Assembly (NCBI GenBank): GCA_913045195.1
Contig: CAJWQR010000004.1
Coordinates: 1 to 63,883 of the forward strand
Direction: 5' to 3'
From: an uncultured Legionellales bacterium
GTDB taxonomy: Bacteria; Pseudomonadota; Gammaproteobacteria; Eutrophobiales; Eutrophobiaceae
DNA: 63,883 nt
Of this stretch, positions 49,020-59,313 are shown in pieces. Below the pieces are notes generated by a model that was not told the DNA's origin, ran no database searches, and worked only from the letters and a program-made list of their open reading frames with translations. Position numbers and translations under genes: made by a program. How positions within the stretch are numbered: the first letter of the stretch is position 1; every line of letters begins with the position of its first letter.

Positions 49020-49886
49020 TTAAAGCATATAAACTAGAAAAAATAAAGCCAACCAAACAACATCAACAAAGTGCCAATACCAAGCGACCGCTTCAAAACC
49101 AAAATGGCTCTTCGGACTAAAATGCCCTTTAATGCTTCGCCCAAGAATTGAAGCCAGCATGATTGATCCAGTAATAACATGTAATCCATGGAAACCCGTT
49201 AATATGTAAAATGTTGAACCATAAACACCCGAACGTAATGTTAAATTTAAATGTTCATAGGCATCCTGATATTCCCAAGCCTGCATTACAACAAAAATTA
49301 GACCCAATATTATCGTTGTTATTAAACCTCCGACTAACAATTTACGATTCTCAGTCTTTAAACCCCAATGTGCCCAGGTAATTGTTGCGCCACTCGTCAA
49401 GAGAATGAATGTATTTAGTGCGGGAATGCCCCATGCCTCCATGGGTGAGAATCCCTCGCCCACAGCGCCAGGTCCAGCAGTCGGCCATTGCGCATCAAAT
49501 TGATTATAAAGAAAGTCATGGGTAGCTGAGAGGTAACCGGTACCACCTAACCACTCCACTGACACATTACGGATATACCACAAAGAAGCAAAAAAGCTTA
49601 TGAAAAAAAAGACTTCAGAAGCGATAAACCAGATCATTCCTTGACGAAAAGCACTATCTACTTTCTTGCTATGAAGCCCCAAGTTGTTCTCTTCAATGAC
49701 ATCCCCAAACCATTCAAATAAAAGATAGGTAAAAAGTAAAATACCAGCTAATAAAAATATACCGCCAAAAAAGAGATCATTAATAATTAATGCAAGCCCA
49801 AGAAGCGTACTAAAAACTGAAGTAGCAGTAATAAATGGCCAGGGGCTTGGATTTGGTATGTAATAATCCTCTTGTTTTGCAGTCAT
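49020..49886 (-). CDS. coxC: cytochrome c oxidase subunit III
   Basis: 288 aa with 7 TM helices. It ends in the COX3-like sequence ...GFHGLHVITGS...WYWHFVDVVWL. Confidence 0.9.
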   Translation of the reverse strand: MTAKQEDYYIPNPSPWPFITATSVFSTLLGLALIINDLFFGGIFLLAGILLFTYLLFEWFGDVIEENNLGLHSKKVDSAFRQGMIWFIASEVFFFISFFASLWYIRNVSVEWLGGTGYLSATHDFLYNQFDAQWPTAGPGAVGEGFSPMEAWGIPALNTFILLTSGATITWAHWGLKTENRKLLVGGLITTIILGLIFVVMQAWEYQDAYEHLNLTLRSGVYGSTFYILTGFHGLHVITGSIMLASILGRSIKGHFSPKSHFGFEAVAWYWHFVDVVWLALFFLVYML

Positions 49887-49901
49887 ATCTTTTACCTCTT
49901 G

Positions 49902-50555
49902 TTAAGATGTCTCTTTGTCTAAGCTATAAAACAATGGTATTTCTTTAAAATAAATGTCTGTTAAATAGTTCTTTGTTTTCTTAATTTGTCTTTCATTAGA
50001 ATATTTCTTCATCGAGTCAGTGTCAGCATTCATAACTGTATAAGAAAGAGTCAATGAATTAATTTTATCGGGTAACGATGTTGAAACAACAAAACGTATT
50101 AACATCTCTTTTGATTCTTGTGCTTCGAGAAGTTGTTTCTGAAAACAAAAACATTCTACTTTATTAAAATAAGTATTTGCGTCCCATGGCAGGAGATTTG
50201 GAATTGCTTGCGCAATTATACTCTCATCAGCAAAATTCTTTGCCAAAAAGATTACATTATTAGGCTCCCCTGTTTTTACTTTTATTTCTTTTATTGAGGG
50301 AGTAAATTTCCAAGGTAAACCACGAGTGATAGTAGAATCAAACTTAACTATGACATAGCGACTTTGTTTGCTTGTATCCTCAACTGCTGCTTTCTCTGTC
50401 GTCAAGTTACCACCCAACGTTTGAATTCCGGCAAGATTGCAGAACAATGTATATAATGGTGCCATTGCAAAGCCAAAGCCGAACATAACAATAACGATTC
50501 CTGTCAATACTATAACAGTACGATTATTATTTTTTACATTTGGCTCTCGTTTCAT
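49902..50555 (-). CDS. ctaG: cytochrome c oxidase assembly protein CtaG/Cox11
   Basis: It has one TM helix and the copper-binding motif ECFCFQKQ. Confidence 0.85.
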   Translation of the reverse strand: MKREPNVKNNNRTVIVLTGIVIVMFGFGFAMAPLYTLFCNLAGIQTLGGNLTTEKAAVEDTSKQSRYVIVKFDSTITRGLPWKFTPSIKEIKVKTGEPNNVIFLAKNFADESIIAQAIPNLLPWDANTYFNKVECFCFQKQLLEAQESKEMLIRFVVSTSLPDKINSLTLSYTVMNADTDSMKKYSNERQIKKTKNYLTDIYFKEIPLFYSLDKETS

Positions 50556-50557
50556 CT

Positions 50558-52150
50558 CTATTTTATTTCTGGTGTTTTAGACCAACTGTGAAATTCAGGG
50601 GGTGATGAAAGTTCCCATTCTAAACCCTTTGCACCTTCCCAGACTTTTCCATCAGCTTTTTTCCCGCCACGGATAGTCTTAATGATAATGTAAAGAAAAA
50701 TCAAATGACTAAGACCATAAATAAAGGAACCGATACTTGAAATCACATTGAATTCAGTAAATATTAAATTGTAATCAACGATACGCCTTGGCATTCCGGC
50801 TAAACCTAAAAAATGTTGAGGAAAAAAGGTAAGGTTAAAACCAATAATGCTTGTCCAAAAAAATAACTTTCCGAGTTTTTCGTCATACATATAACCAGTC
50901 CACTTGGGAATCCAATAAAATACACCGGCAAGAAGACCAAACAACGCGCCAGGAATTAAGGCATAATGAAAATGCGCAACGACAAACATGCTATCGTGAT
51001 ACTGAATATCGCCTGGGATTACTGCAACCATTACGCCAGTAAATCCCCCAAAAGAAAACATTAAAATTATACCGATCGCAAATAACATTGGCGTTTCAAA
51101 TGTCATTGAACCCCGCCACATCGTAGCAATAAAATTAAATATCATAAGACCAACTGGTATTGATATTAGTATTGTCCCAATCATAAAATAAGTCACAGCA
51201 CCCAATGACATCCCTATTGTGTACTGATGATGAGCCCAAACGAGCATCCCGATTAAACCGATTGACATCATAGAAAAAACGGTAGAACGATATCCGAAAA
51301 GCGGTTTACGTGAAAAAGTCGCGATAATCGAACCAACTATACCCATAGAAGGAAGCAGCAAGACATACACCTCGGGATGACCAAAAAACCAAAATAAATG
51401 TTGAAATAAAACGGGATCGCCCCCGCCTGCTGCATTAAAAAAGCTCGTACCAAAATTTCGGTCAAACAACAACATTGTTACAGCGCCGGCTAATATCGGC
51501 ATAATTAAAATTAAAAGAAATGCAGTAACCAGCCAGGACCAAACAAAAATTGGCATTTTCATTAATGTCATTCCTGGGGCGCGATTCCCTAATATCGTTA
51601 CAATAATATTGATCGACGCCAAAATTGAAGAAATCCCTAAAAGGTGGACAGTAAAAATAAGAAAGTCCATTGACATGCCAACCTGAAGAGATAATGGTGG
51701 ATACAGAGTCCATCCTGTATTCACCATTGTGCCTCCTCCTGGGATGAAAGGAACAATAAAAGCGAGAACCAACATAATGGCCGCGGCTGGTAAAAACCAA
51801 AAACTAAGATTATTCATTCTGGGTAATGCCATGTCCTGCGCACCAATCATTAAAGGTATCATCCAATTCGCCATGCCTGCTGCTGCAGGCATTACTGCTC
51901 CGAAAACCATAATTAATGCATGATTAGTTACTAAAGAATTATATAAATCTGGGGAAGTGAGTTGTATGCCCGGCATAAACAGCTCGGCCCGAATGACTAA
52001 AGCGCTAGCGCCACCGAGAAATAACATAATCAATGCAAAGATCATATACATTGTGCCAATATCTTTATGATTAGTACTGCAAACCCAACGCCTCCATCCT
52101 GTTGGCTTGGCATGTTCTATGTGACTGTGTAACACAGCTTCGTTAGTCAT
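50558..52150 (-). CDS. coxA: cytochrome c oxidase subunit I (aa3-type)
   Basis: 530 aa containing ...WFFGHPEVYVL... and the heme/CuB histidines. Confidence 0.95.
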   Translation of the reverse strand: MTNEAVLHSHIEHAKPTGWRRWVCSTNHKDIGTMYMIFALIMLFLGGASALVIRAELFMPGIQLTSPDLYNSLVTNHALIMVFGAVMPAAAGMANWMIPLMIGAQDMALPRMNNLSFWFLPAAAIMLVLAFIVPFIPGGGTMVNTGWTLYPPLSLQVGMSMDFLIFTVHLLGISSILASINIIVTILGNRAPGMTLMKMPIFVWSWLVTAFLLILIMPILAGAVTMLLFDRNFGTSFFNAAGGGDPVLFQHLFWFFGHPEVYVLLLPSMGIVGSIIATFSRKPLFGYRSTVFSMMSIGLIGMLVWAHHQYTIGMSLGAVTYFMIGTILISIPVGLMIFNFIATMWRGSMTFETPMLFAIGIILMFSFGGFTGVMVAVIPGDIQYHDSMFVVAHFHYALIPGALFGLLAGVFYWIPKWTGYMYDEKLGKLFFWTSIIGFNLTFFPQHFLGLAGMPRRIVDYNLIFTEFNVISSIGSFIYGLSHLIFLYIIIKTIRGGKKADGKVWEGAKGLEWELSSPPEFHSWSKTPEIK

Positions 52151-52188
52151 GATTTATAATGTCCTCCAAAACAGATATAAAATAATAA

Positions 52189-53316
52189 TTAATCCGATGT
52201 TTTAACATCACTTGGCTGAATTATATCGCCAGTATCATTTCCCCAGGCATTACGCTCATAAGTAATGACCGCGGCAAGCTCGAGTTCATTTAATAAATTG
52301 TTCCACGCAGGCATACCAGTTGAGACCTTGCCTTCTAAAACTATTTTTATATGCTCATCCAGTGGTCCATTTACGATCTTACTTCCTTTAAGTGCTGGAA
52401 ATACGGGATTAAGGCCTTCACCTTCTAATTGATGGCATGCAGAACAATGTTTGTTATAAACCGATCGTCCTTTTTCCATGAGCTCATCCATGCTCCACTC
52501 TTTATCAGAAGATGCCTCTTCGGCTTTTGCCAACATAATATTTTTTTGCTGTGCCACCCAATCGCTAAACTTTTCTTGGTCAACTGCCTCAATGACAATT
52601 GGCATGCGTGCATGCCATGCGCCACATATTTCAGCACATTGACCACGATATATCCCTTCCTTATTAATATCCGCCCACGTCTCTGTAATATACCCGGCGA
52701 TAGCATCTTTTTTCATACCCAATTGCGGAACCCAAAAAGAATGAATAACATCTGCAGATGTATGTAAGAAACGAACCTTTGTATTAATCGGTAAAACAAG
52801 ACGATTATCGACGTCACGTAAATACAGATCGTCTGATGGTTCTTTTGGAATATAACGACTTTCAACCGTGACACCATGGTCTATATATTCATATTCCCAC
52901 CACCATTGATGTCCTATTACCTTTACATCCATCATGTTCTCATCCTTCGGTATGAGCCATAAGTTTTCCAAAACACGTTCTGCTTTACCTGCAATACCAA
53001 GATCAACACCTAAAACCAAAACTGGTACAAGAACCCATGCCCAGCGACCAAATACACCTTTATGAAATTCCTGATCAGCTTTATAACCAACACTTTTTCT
53101 ATGAAAAATGATTGAATAAATTACAATACTAAAAACAACTACCAATAACGCAGATATGATTCTTACCGTATTCATATGAATGTCGTAAATATCGCGTGCA
53201 TTCTCTGTTACTGGTTCAGGAAAATTTAGCCCATATTCGGCAAACACATTAATACAATAAACAAACAAAAATAATGTTGTTGTTATCTTAAAAAATAGCT
53301 TTATAAAACTACTCAT
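52189..53316 (-). CDS. coxB: cytochrome c oxidase subunit II with a fused C-terminal monoheme cytochrome c domain
   Basis: It has the CuA motif HSFWVPQLG...CAEICGAWHARM and a C-terminal CSACH. Confidence 0.9.
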   Translation of the reverse strand: MSSFIKLFFKITTTLFLFVYCINVFAEYGLNFPEPVTENARDIYDIHMNTVRIISALLVVVFSIVIYSIIFHRKSVGYKADQEFHKGVFGRWAWVLVPVLVLGVDLGIAGKAERVLENLWLIPKDENMMDVKVIGHQWWWEYEYIDHGVTVESRYIPKEPSDDLYLRDVDNRLVLPINTKVRFLHTSADVIHSFWVPQLGMKKDAIAGYITETWADINKEGIYRGQCAEICGAWHARMPIVIEAVDQEKFSDWVAQQKNIMLAKAEEASSDKEWSMDELMEKGRSVYNKHCSACHQLEGEGLNPVFPALKGSKIVNGPLDEHIKIVLEGKVSTGMPAWNNLLNELELAAVITYERNAWGNDTGDIIQPSDVKTSD

Positions 53317-53378
53317 AAATAGTTCTCTCTTTTTTTTATAAATAAAAAAATTTAAAGTTAATAATTATGATAAAAAAA

Positions 53379-54119
53379 CTAAAATCTATAACCGATTCCA
53401 ATACCAACAATCCAAGGGTTAACATCAACATCAACATTTAATACGTTACCGGCAAGAGCGCCACTAGTGACACCTAATTTAGCTGAAGTATCAATATCAA
53501 TATATTTAACATCTAAATTAAGGTACCAGCTTTCACTGATGTCATAATCCATGCCTGCCTGTATTGCATATCCCCAGACATTTTCTGTTGAAACTTTAAT
53601 GCCGCCTCCAAAAGCTGTTTCTGCGGTAGTTGTTGCGTTGTCAGCAAGAAACGCTGTGTAATTTATTCCAGCCCCAAGGTAAGGTCGGAAAGTATTTTCT
53701 GGGAGAAAATGATATTGGAATGTTACTGTAGGGGGTAATACCCAGGTATCAAATAACTTCGTCCCGTCTGTCACGCCAAGCGCTGCAAGTGTGGCTGTGC
53801 TTGTACCATCGACACTAATATCATGATTTGATACCCCAGCAATTACCTCAATTCCCCAATGTGAACTCAACATGTAAGTGATATCAATTTCGGGAACAAG
53901 ATTATTATCCACGGTAACACCAGAACCCTGACCCGTAGTATTGTTCAATACGGTTGTAGTGCTACTATCATCGGGAACAATGGCTAAGCCTCTTAACCTT
54001 AACTTCCAATCCTTTGCATCAAAAGCGAAACTCTGAGCTGAAAATAACGATAACGATAACGATAATAGGAGCACTTTTTTCATAAGTTGTCTCATTGTGC
54101 TCATATATTTTAGATTCAT
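53379..54119 (-). CDS. ompW: outer-membrane protein OmpW
   Basis: It contains WKLRLRGLAIVPDDSS and ends in the C-terminal GIGIGYRF. The likely true start is MKKVLLL... at 54083, which gives a signal peptide. Confidence 0.85.
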   Translation of the reverse strand: MNLKYMSTMRQLMKKVLLLSLSLSLFSAQSFAFDAKDWKLRLRGLAIVPDDSSTTTVLNNTTGQGSGVTVDNNLVPEIDITYMLSSHWGIEVIAGVSNHDISVDGTSTATLAALGVTDGTKLFDTWVLPPTVTFQYHFLPENTFRPYLGAGINYTAFLADNATTTAETAFGGGIKVSTENVWGYAIQAGMDYDISESWYLNLDVKYIDIDTSAKLGVTSGALAGNVLNVDVDVNPWIVGIGIGYRF

Positions 54120-54174
54120 TAAAAGATGTCTTGAAAAATCCTTTATAGATTAAGGTAGCAAACGTTTTAAAAAT

Positions 54175-54188
54175 TTGATCTAAATCAC
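54175..54188. promoter_or_regulatory. FNR box E1, TTGATCTAAATCAC (1 mismatch), ompW side
   Basis: It is in the 290-nt divergent region. TATAAA on the minus strand lies about 30 nt toward ompW. Confidence 0.5.
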
Positions 54189-54206
54189 TTTAGATATATT
54201 TTAGAT

Positions 54207-54220
54207 TTGATCTAGATCAG
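54207..54220. promoter_or_regulatory. FNR box E2, TTGATCTAGATCAG (1 mismatch)
   Basis: This is the middle box of three in the ompW / phyH-hemN divergent region. It contains the palindrome TGATCTAGATCA. Confidence 0.5.
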
Positions 54221-54278
54221 TTTCGTGGAAAACATTTTCTTTTTTATACTCTCGGATAGAGATAAATTTCAACTGCTA

Positions 54279-54292
54279 TTGATTTTGATCAA
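54279..54292. promoter_or_regulatory. FNR box E3, TTGATTTTGATCAA (perfect), phyH-hemN side
   Basis: The consensus match is perfect. CAAAAT lies near the expected -10 position. The ATG at 54410 lies about 80 nt beyond the implied TSS. Confidence 0.65.
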
Positions 54293-54409
54293 TCAATCCC
54301 TCCCTCCTTACCCTCAAAATCATCATATATGCCGCTGCATAGTGCCGGGATTAAAATTTCAAAATATTAACATCGTAACGGAAACAGTTAGTTAAGGCGG
54401 AGATACGAA

Positions 54410-55198
54410 ATGTCTAATAAAACCAATAGTCGTAAAATTAGCAGTAATCAGATAAAGGAATTTAGGCAAAAAGGATTTGTTGTATTAAAAAGATTTTTTA
54501 CTAAGGCAGTGATGGAAAAAATCTCTGCTCATTTGGATAAACTGCGGGATGAGGAGCCCATGGAAGGCCAAGAAGCAAAATACTATGAGGAAAGCCCAAT
54601 CACTGGTGAGCATATTCTGGTACGTATTGAGAATATTCTTGGCGATCACAATACCGAACTTACTGACCTTCTTCTTCCTCCTGACGCTATTGAGTGCTTA
54701 ACCGACCTTCTTGGTGAACCACCTGTACTATTTAAGGAAAAAATCAACTACAAACTCCCCGGCTGCCGAGCTGACAAGCTACATCAGGATCAGGCTGCCG
54801 GGTGGAATGCATACGGTGACTTCTACATCTCCATGGGTATTGCAGTTGATAAAAATAGAAAAGAAAACGCAGCGTTGAGTTTCATGAATTCGGGAAACTA
54901 CGAACGTAAACTTATGTCAAAAGAATGGGAGCCTTTATCGAAAGATGATCCTCCGTATACTCCCAAAGACGAATATGTGCTACTTGAGGCCGACCCGGGA
55001 GATGTTATCTTTTTTGATGCTTTCGTACCACACGGCTCACCCCCCAACACCAGCAATAAAAGCAGAAGAAATATCTTCCTAACTTTCAATAGAGAGTCCG
55101 ACGGAAACAAAAGAATTCAATACTATAAAGACAAATGGTCAAACTACGCGCCAAATCAGAAAAAAGATGCGCGTTCGAATAAATCATTCAGAGTTTAA
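54410..55198 (+). CDS. phytanoyl-CoA dioxygenase (PhyH) family Fe(II)/2-oxoglutarate oxygenase
   Basis: 262 aa. The PhyH-like N-terminus is FRQKGFVVLKRFF. The HxD facial-triad element is LHQDQA and the distal His is in VPHGSPPN. Confidence 0.75.
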   Translation: MSNKTNSRKISSNQIKEFRQKGFVVLKRFFTKAVMEKISAHLDKLRDEEPMEGQEAKYYEESPITGEHILVRIENILGDHNTELTDLLLPPDAIECLTDLLGEPPVLFKEKINYKLPGCRADKLHQDQAAGWNAYGDFYISMGIAVDKNRKENAALSFMNSGNYERKLMSKEWEPLSKDDPPYTPKDEYVLLEADPGDVIFFDAFVPHGSPPNTSNKSRRNIFLTFNRESDGNKRIQYYKDKWSNYAPNQKKDARSNKSFRV

Positions 55199-55220
55199 TT
55201 GCTTGGGGCATATCCATCTT

Positions 55221-56603
55221 ATGGATTTATTATCGCTAGACAAGAAACTAGTTAAAAAATACGACCTAAATGGTCCTCGTTATACGTCTTATCCTACTGC
55301 AAATATGTTTACAAAAGATTTCGGGGCAGACGAATTGTGTGCGGCGATTACAGCATCCAACCAATTTTGTTTACCTAAACCTTTATCGCTCTACGTGCAT
55401 CTCCCATTTTGTAACACTGTATGTTTTTATTGTGCATGCAATAAAATTATTACAGCAAACAAGAAACATATTACCCCTTATCTTAAAGACCTTTATAAAG
55501 AAATAATAATGAAAGGGAAAATTTTCGACAAGGATCGTAAAGTAGAACAAATCCATTTTGGTGGTGGGACACCAACTTATCTTAATAAACTACAATTAAC
55601 CCAACTAATGGATGTATTAAATAATAACTTCAATTTACTTGATGATGATTCCGGTGACTATTCTATTGAGATTGACCCAAGAAAATTGAAATCAGAAACG
55701 ATAACACTATTAAGAAATCTTGGATTTAACCGAGTAAGTATAGGAGTGCAAGATTTTGATTCGGAGGTACAGGCAGCTATTAATCGTATCCAAACATACG
55801 ATGAAACACTTTCTATAATTAATGAAGCTAGAAAACGTAATTTTAAATCAGTTAATATAGACTTAATTTACGGGCTTCCCAAACAAACAATAAAAAGTTT
55901 TACTGAAACCATTAGAAAAGTTATTAATATAAACCCGGATCGTATTGCAATATATAATTTTGCTTACCTTCCGAATTTATTCAAAACCCAACGACAAATT
56001 AAAAAAGAAGATTTACCGACACCAGAGATCAAGCTTAAAATATTTAACGAAACCATCAGATTATTAACAAGTGCTGGTTATATTTATATTGGAATGGATC
56101 ATTTTGCGAAGAAAAATGATGCGTTAGCAATTGCACAAGATCAAGGTAAATTGCATAGAAATTTTCAAGGGTACTCAACAAATTCCGACTGCGACGTTAT
56201 TGGTTTTGGGATTACGGGCATAAGCAAAATAAATAACACCTATTCGCAAAATCTAAAATCGCTTGAAGAATATCATGCAATAATTAGCGATAAACAAACC
56301 CCCGTTCTTCATGGCTATCAATTAACCTTTGATGATGAAATAAGAAGAGAAGTTATTTCTCAATTAATGTGTCATTTCAAAATAGAATTTGATGATATTG
56401 AATATATGTATGAAATTAATTTTAATGACTATTTTTCAAATGAATTAAATATTCTAACTTCATATGAAAATGATAGATTACTCACAATAAATTATAATTC
56501 TATTAAAATTTCACCCAAAGGCAGACTGTTAATCAGAAACATCTGCACAGTTTTTGATGCTTATTTTGGTAAGAACATTATTAGTTACTCTAAAACGATT
56601 TAA
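55221..56603 (+). CDS. hemN: oxygen-independent coproporphyrinogen III oxidase (radical SAM)
   Basis: It contains GPRYTSYPTA, the radical-SAM motif CNTVCFYCAC, and GGGTPTYL. I placed the start at ATG 55221 (MDLLSLDKK...). The track ORF starts at 55167, inside phyH. Confidence 0.9.
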   Translation: MDLLSLDKKLVKKYDLNGPRYTSYPTANMFTKDFGADELCAAITASNQFCLPKPLSLYVHLPFCNTVCFYCACNKIITANKKHITPYLKDLYKEIIMKGKIFDKDRKVEQIHFGGGTPTYLNKLQLTQLMDVLNNNFNLLDDDSGDYSIEIDPRKLKSETITLLRNLGFNRVSIGVQDFDSEVQAAINRIQTYDETLSIINEARKRNFKSVNIDLIYGLPKQTIKSFTETIRKVININPDRIAIYNFAYLPNLFKTQRQIKKEDLPTPEIKLKIFNETIRLLTSAGYIYIGMDHFAKKNDALAIAQDQGKLHRNFQGYSTNSDCDVIGFGITGISKINNTYSQNLKSLEEYHAIISDKQTPVLHGYQLTFDDEIRREVISQLMCHFKIEFDDIEYMYEINFNDYFSNELNILTSYENDRLLTINYNSIKISPKGRLLIRNICTVFDAYFGKNIISYSKTI

Positions 56604-56610
56604 TATCAAA

Positions 56611-56781
56611 ATGACTAAAATAACTACAAGCACTTATATGGTAATAATTTCTCTCCTATGTGTAATAGTCTATCTGCTGGGTGTTTTAGATGCTAACAAA
56701 GCTGTTGCTGAAAAAAGCTTATGGGAATGTGAAAATCCTGACAGAAAGAAAACCAGAGATGAGTACAATAATAATGGTTGA
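56611..56781 (+). CDS. small membrane protein (hypothetical)
   Basis: 56 aa starting from the internal ATG just after the hemN stop. It has one TM segment (YMVIISLLCVIVYLLGVL). I recognise no family. Confidence 0.3.
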   Translation: MTKITTSTYMVIISLLCVIVYLLGVLDANKAVAEKSLWECENPDRKKTRDEYNNNG

Positions 56782-56985
56782 ATTTTTAATTAACAGATAG
56801 ATATAATTTTATGAAAAACCCATCTTATTAATACAAAACAAATAAAATAATTCATATTAGTCACAATGAAATGGTTAAAAATAACCATTGTCGAAAATAA
56901 TATGGCTAATAAAGACCAATTTTAATAATTATATAGTTTTATACTTACATAAAATCTCTGTAAAAAAAATTTCTTTGTTTGTGAA

Positions 56986-56999
56986 TTGATCTTGATCAA
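56986..56999. promoter_or_regulatory. FNR box F1, TTGATCTTGATCAA (perfect)
   Basis: The consensus match is perfect, in the 310-nt AT-rich region upstream of the TonB-dependent receptor. Confidence 0.6.
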
Positions 57000-57037
57000 T
57001 TAATTTTAACTAAAAAAAACTTTTTGTAGTAATTGAT

Positions 57038-57051
57038 TTGATCTAGATCAT
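57038..57051. promoter_or_regulatory. FNR box F2, TTGATCTAGATCAT (1 mismatch)
   Basis: It lies 52 nt downstream of F1. The implied TSS is near 57086, which favours the receptor start at M21 (57153). Confidence 0.55.
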
Positions 57052-57092
57052 CTCTTTTAAAGGTAAAAAATAATTTAACTGTTTTTGGCACA

Positions 57093-59225
57093 ATGATTGC
57101 TCATTTAACTAGTAGTTATAATTTTAATTTAATAAAGAGAGTGAAAATAAAGATGTTAAAAAATGTTAATGTATTCTTCTGCCTATTGTTATCGCCTATT
57201 TTTTTAATATTGCTTTTCGGGAATTCCCCAGCAATTGCGGATAGCCTGTTATCTCAAAAACAAAATATTAACTTGAATGATGTTGTTGTCACAGCTACAC
57301 GATCTGATAAATCCTATTATGATGTTCCAGCTGCAATTGGTGTTGTAGATGAATATGATATTGGTTTTGGCAAACAAAAATTAGGTCTCGATGAAGCACT
57401 TGTTAAATTACCTGGTTTGTTTATGCAAAATCGCTATAACTTTGCACAAAGCTTAAAGATATCAATACGTGGCTTTGGTGCCCGCGCTAACTTTGGTACC
57501 CGAGGCGTTAAGCTCTATCAAGATGGGATTCCAATGACAACAGTTGATGGACAAGGTGCGCTAGAAGATATTGATTTAAATTCAATAAATCGTATAGAGG
57601 TTATCCGAGGGCCTGCTTCTTCGCTCTATGGTAGCTCATCGGGCGGGGTGATTAACTTTTTCACTGGCGACGAAGATTCTGTCGAGCCCTATGTTGAGGG
57701 CAACTTTAGTATTGGGCAATACCAAAGCTACATCAGCAGTATCAAAACAGGAGGAGAAATAGAAAAATTAAATTATTTTCTTAATCTATCCCATCTCGAT
57801 TTCGAAGGTTACCGTCAACATAATGGAGTACGTAATACAAAATTTAATTCAAAATTCAAATATAAAATTAACAACTCCTCTGAATTCACGACTATTTTTA
57901 CTGCCTATGATGCACCACAATCAGATGATCCCGGCGGGATTAATCAGGCATCTGTTGATGCTGATCGTCGCCAGGCAAGAAGTAATAATGTGGACCTCAA
58001 TTCAGGAGAAAATATAGACCAACAAAAGTTGGGCTTCATCTATCGAAATCAAATAACAGAAAATCAAGAATTAATTTTAAGACACTATTATTTAATGAGA
58101 AATTTTGTCGGGTTATTACCTCTTGCAGGAAACGGGTGGGTACAATTTGAACGGTTTCAACTTGGAGGTGGTGCGCAATATAGTATTTTTAATAATTTAT
58201 TAGGGCATGATAACCAAATGATTATTGGGTTTGAAATAGATTCTCAGGAAGATGACAGGCAACGCTATCAAAATAATAATGGCTCGCAAGGGTCGCAACA
58301 ATTAAATGAATTACAAAACGGTGATTCACTCGGATTCTATTTTCGTGATGAAATTTCATTATCAGAGGCACTTGAACTATCACTAGGTATCAGATACGAC
58401 GAAGTTACGCTTGGTGTCGATGATATTTTTCTAAGCGATGGGAACCAAACCAGTGAGCTAAAATTTGAAGAACTTAGTCCAATGTTTGGCTTATCGTGGA
58501 AAATTAACCCGAAAGTAAATATTTACGGAAATATTTCAAGTGTTTTTGAAACACCGACTTTTACTGAATTAACTGGTGTTGCAACCGGTGGCTTTGCTAA
58601 TGTCTCCGCACAAAAAGCATTAAATTATGAGGTAGGCATTAAAGGTAATATTAGTTCGCGTGCGAATTATGATTTTGCTGTTTACCGTATTGACGTTGAA
58701 GACGAAATCATTAATACCTCAAATGTTGATGGTCGTACCTTTTTTAATAATGCAGATACAACAAGAAATGGTGCTGAAGCAACTATCTCGTTTATTCCTT
58801 TTACTGGCACAAACATGCTGATGTCATATACTTATAATGATTTTACTTTCGATAATTTTCCTGCTTCAGTTTGTACAACCTGCGCAGGGGATGATTTGCC
58901 TGGTTTGCCGACACATAATTTCTATACGGAGTTAAGCTATACACATCCCTCCGGCTTTTTTTCCAGTATTGATTTCCAATTTGTCAGTAATATGTATCTA
59001 GATAATGACAATACCGTTCAGAATAGACCTTATGGTGTATCAAATTTGCGGGGGGGTTATATAAAAACAATTGGCGATATGGAAATTACACCCTACATAG
59101 GCATAAACAACCTCTTCGATAAAAAATACATAGGAAACGTACGCATCAATGCATTTGGAGGCCGTTTTTTTGAGCCTGCTCCTGAATTAAATATTTATGC
59201 TGGAATTACGATACGATTTAATTAA
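57093..59225 (+). CDS. TonB-dependent outer-membrane receptor (substrate unknown)
   Basis: It has a plug domain (DVVVTATRS..., IEVIRGPASSLYGSSSGGVINF) and a 22-strand-type barrel region. The likely start is MLKNVNVFF... at 57153, which gives a signal peptide. Confidence 0.9.
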   Translation: MIAHLTSSYNFNLIKRVKIKMLKNVNVFFCLLLSPIFLILLFGNSPAIADSLLSQKQNINLNDVVVTATRSDKSYYDVPAAIGVVDEYDIGFGKQKLGLDEALVKLPGLFMQNRYNFAQSLKISIRGFGARANFGTRGVKLYQDGIPMTTVDGQGALEDIDLNSINRIEVIRGPASSLYGSSSGGVINFFTGDEDSVEPYVEGNFSIGQYQSYISSIKTGGEIEKLNYFLNLSHLDFEGYRQHNGVRNTKFNSKFKYKINNSSEFTTIFTAYDAPQSDDPGGINQASVDADRRQARSNNVDLNSGENIDQQKLGFIYRNQITENQELILRHYYLMRNFVGLLPLAGNGWVQFERFQLGGGAQYSIFNNLLGHDNQMIIGFEIDSQEDDRQRYQNNNGSQGSQQLNELQNGDSLGFYFRDEISLSEALELSLGIRYDEVTLGVDDIFLSDGNQTSELKFEELSPMFGLSWKINPKVNIYGNISSVFETPTFTELTGVATGGFANVSAQKALNYEVGIKGNISSRANYDFAVYRIDVEDEIINTSNVDGRTFFNNADTTRNGAEATISFIPFTGTNMLMSYTYNDFTFDNFPASVCTTCAGDDLPGLPTHNFYTELSYTHPSGFFSSIDFQFVSNMYLDNDNTVQNRPYGVSNLRGGYIKTIGDMEITPYIGINNLFDKKYIGNVRINAFGGRFFEPAPELNIYAGITIRFN

Positions 59226-59258
59226 TGACCGATTTTTTATTGACCTCTTCATCCTCTT

Positions 59259-59287
59259 TAGCCAAGCGAAAGCTTGGTTATTTTTTT
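59259..59287 (+). terminator. rho-independent terminator after the TonB-dependent receptor
   Basis: TAGCCAAGC-GAAA-GCTTGGTTA forms a 9-bp stem including one G-U pair, with a GNRA loop, followed by TTTTTTT. Confidence 0.8.
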
Positions 59288-59313
59288 GATGCACGAGAAG
59301 TTTATTTCAATCA

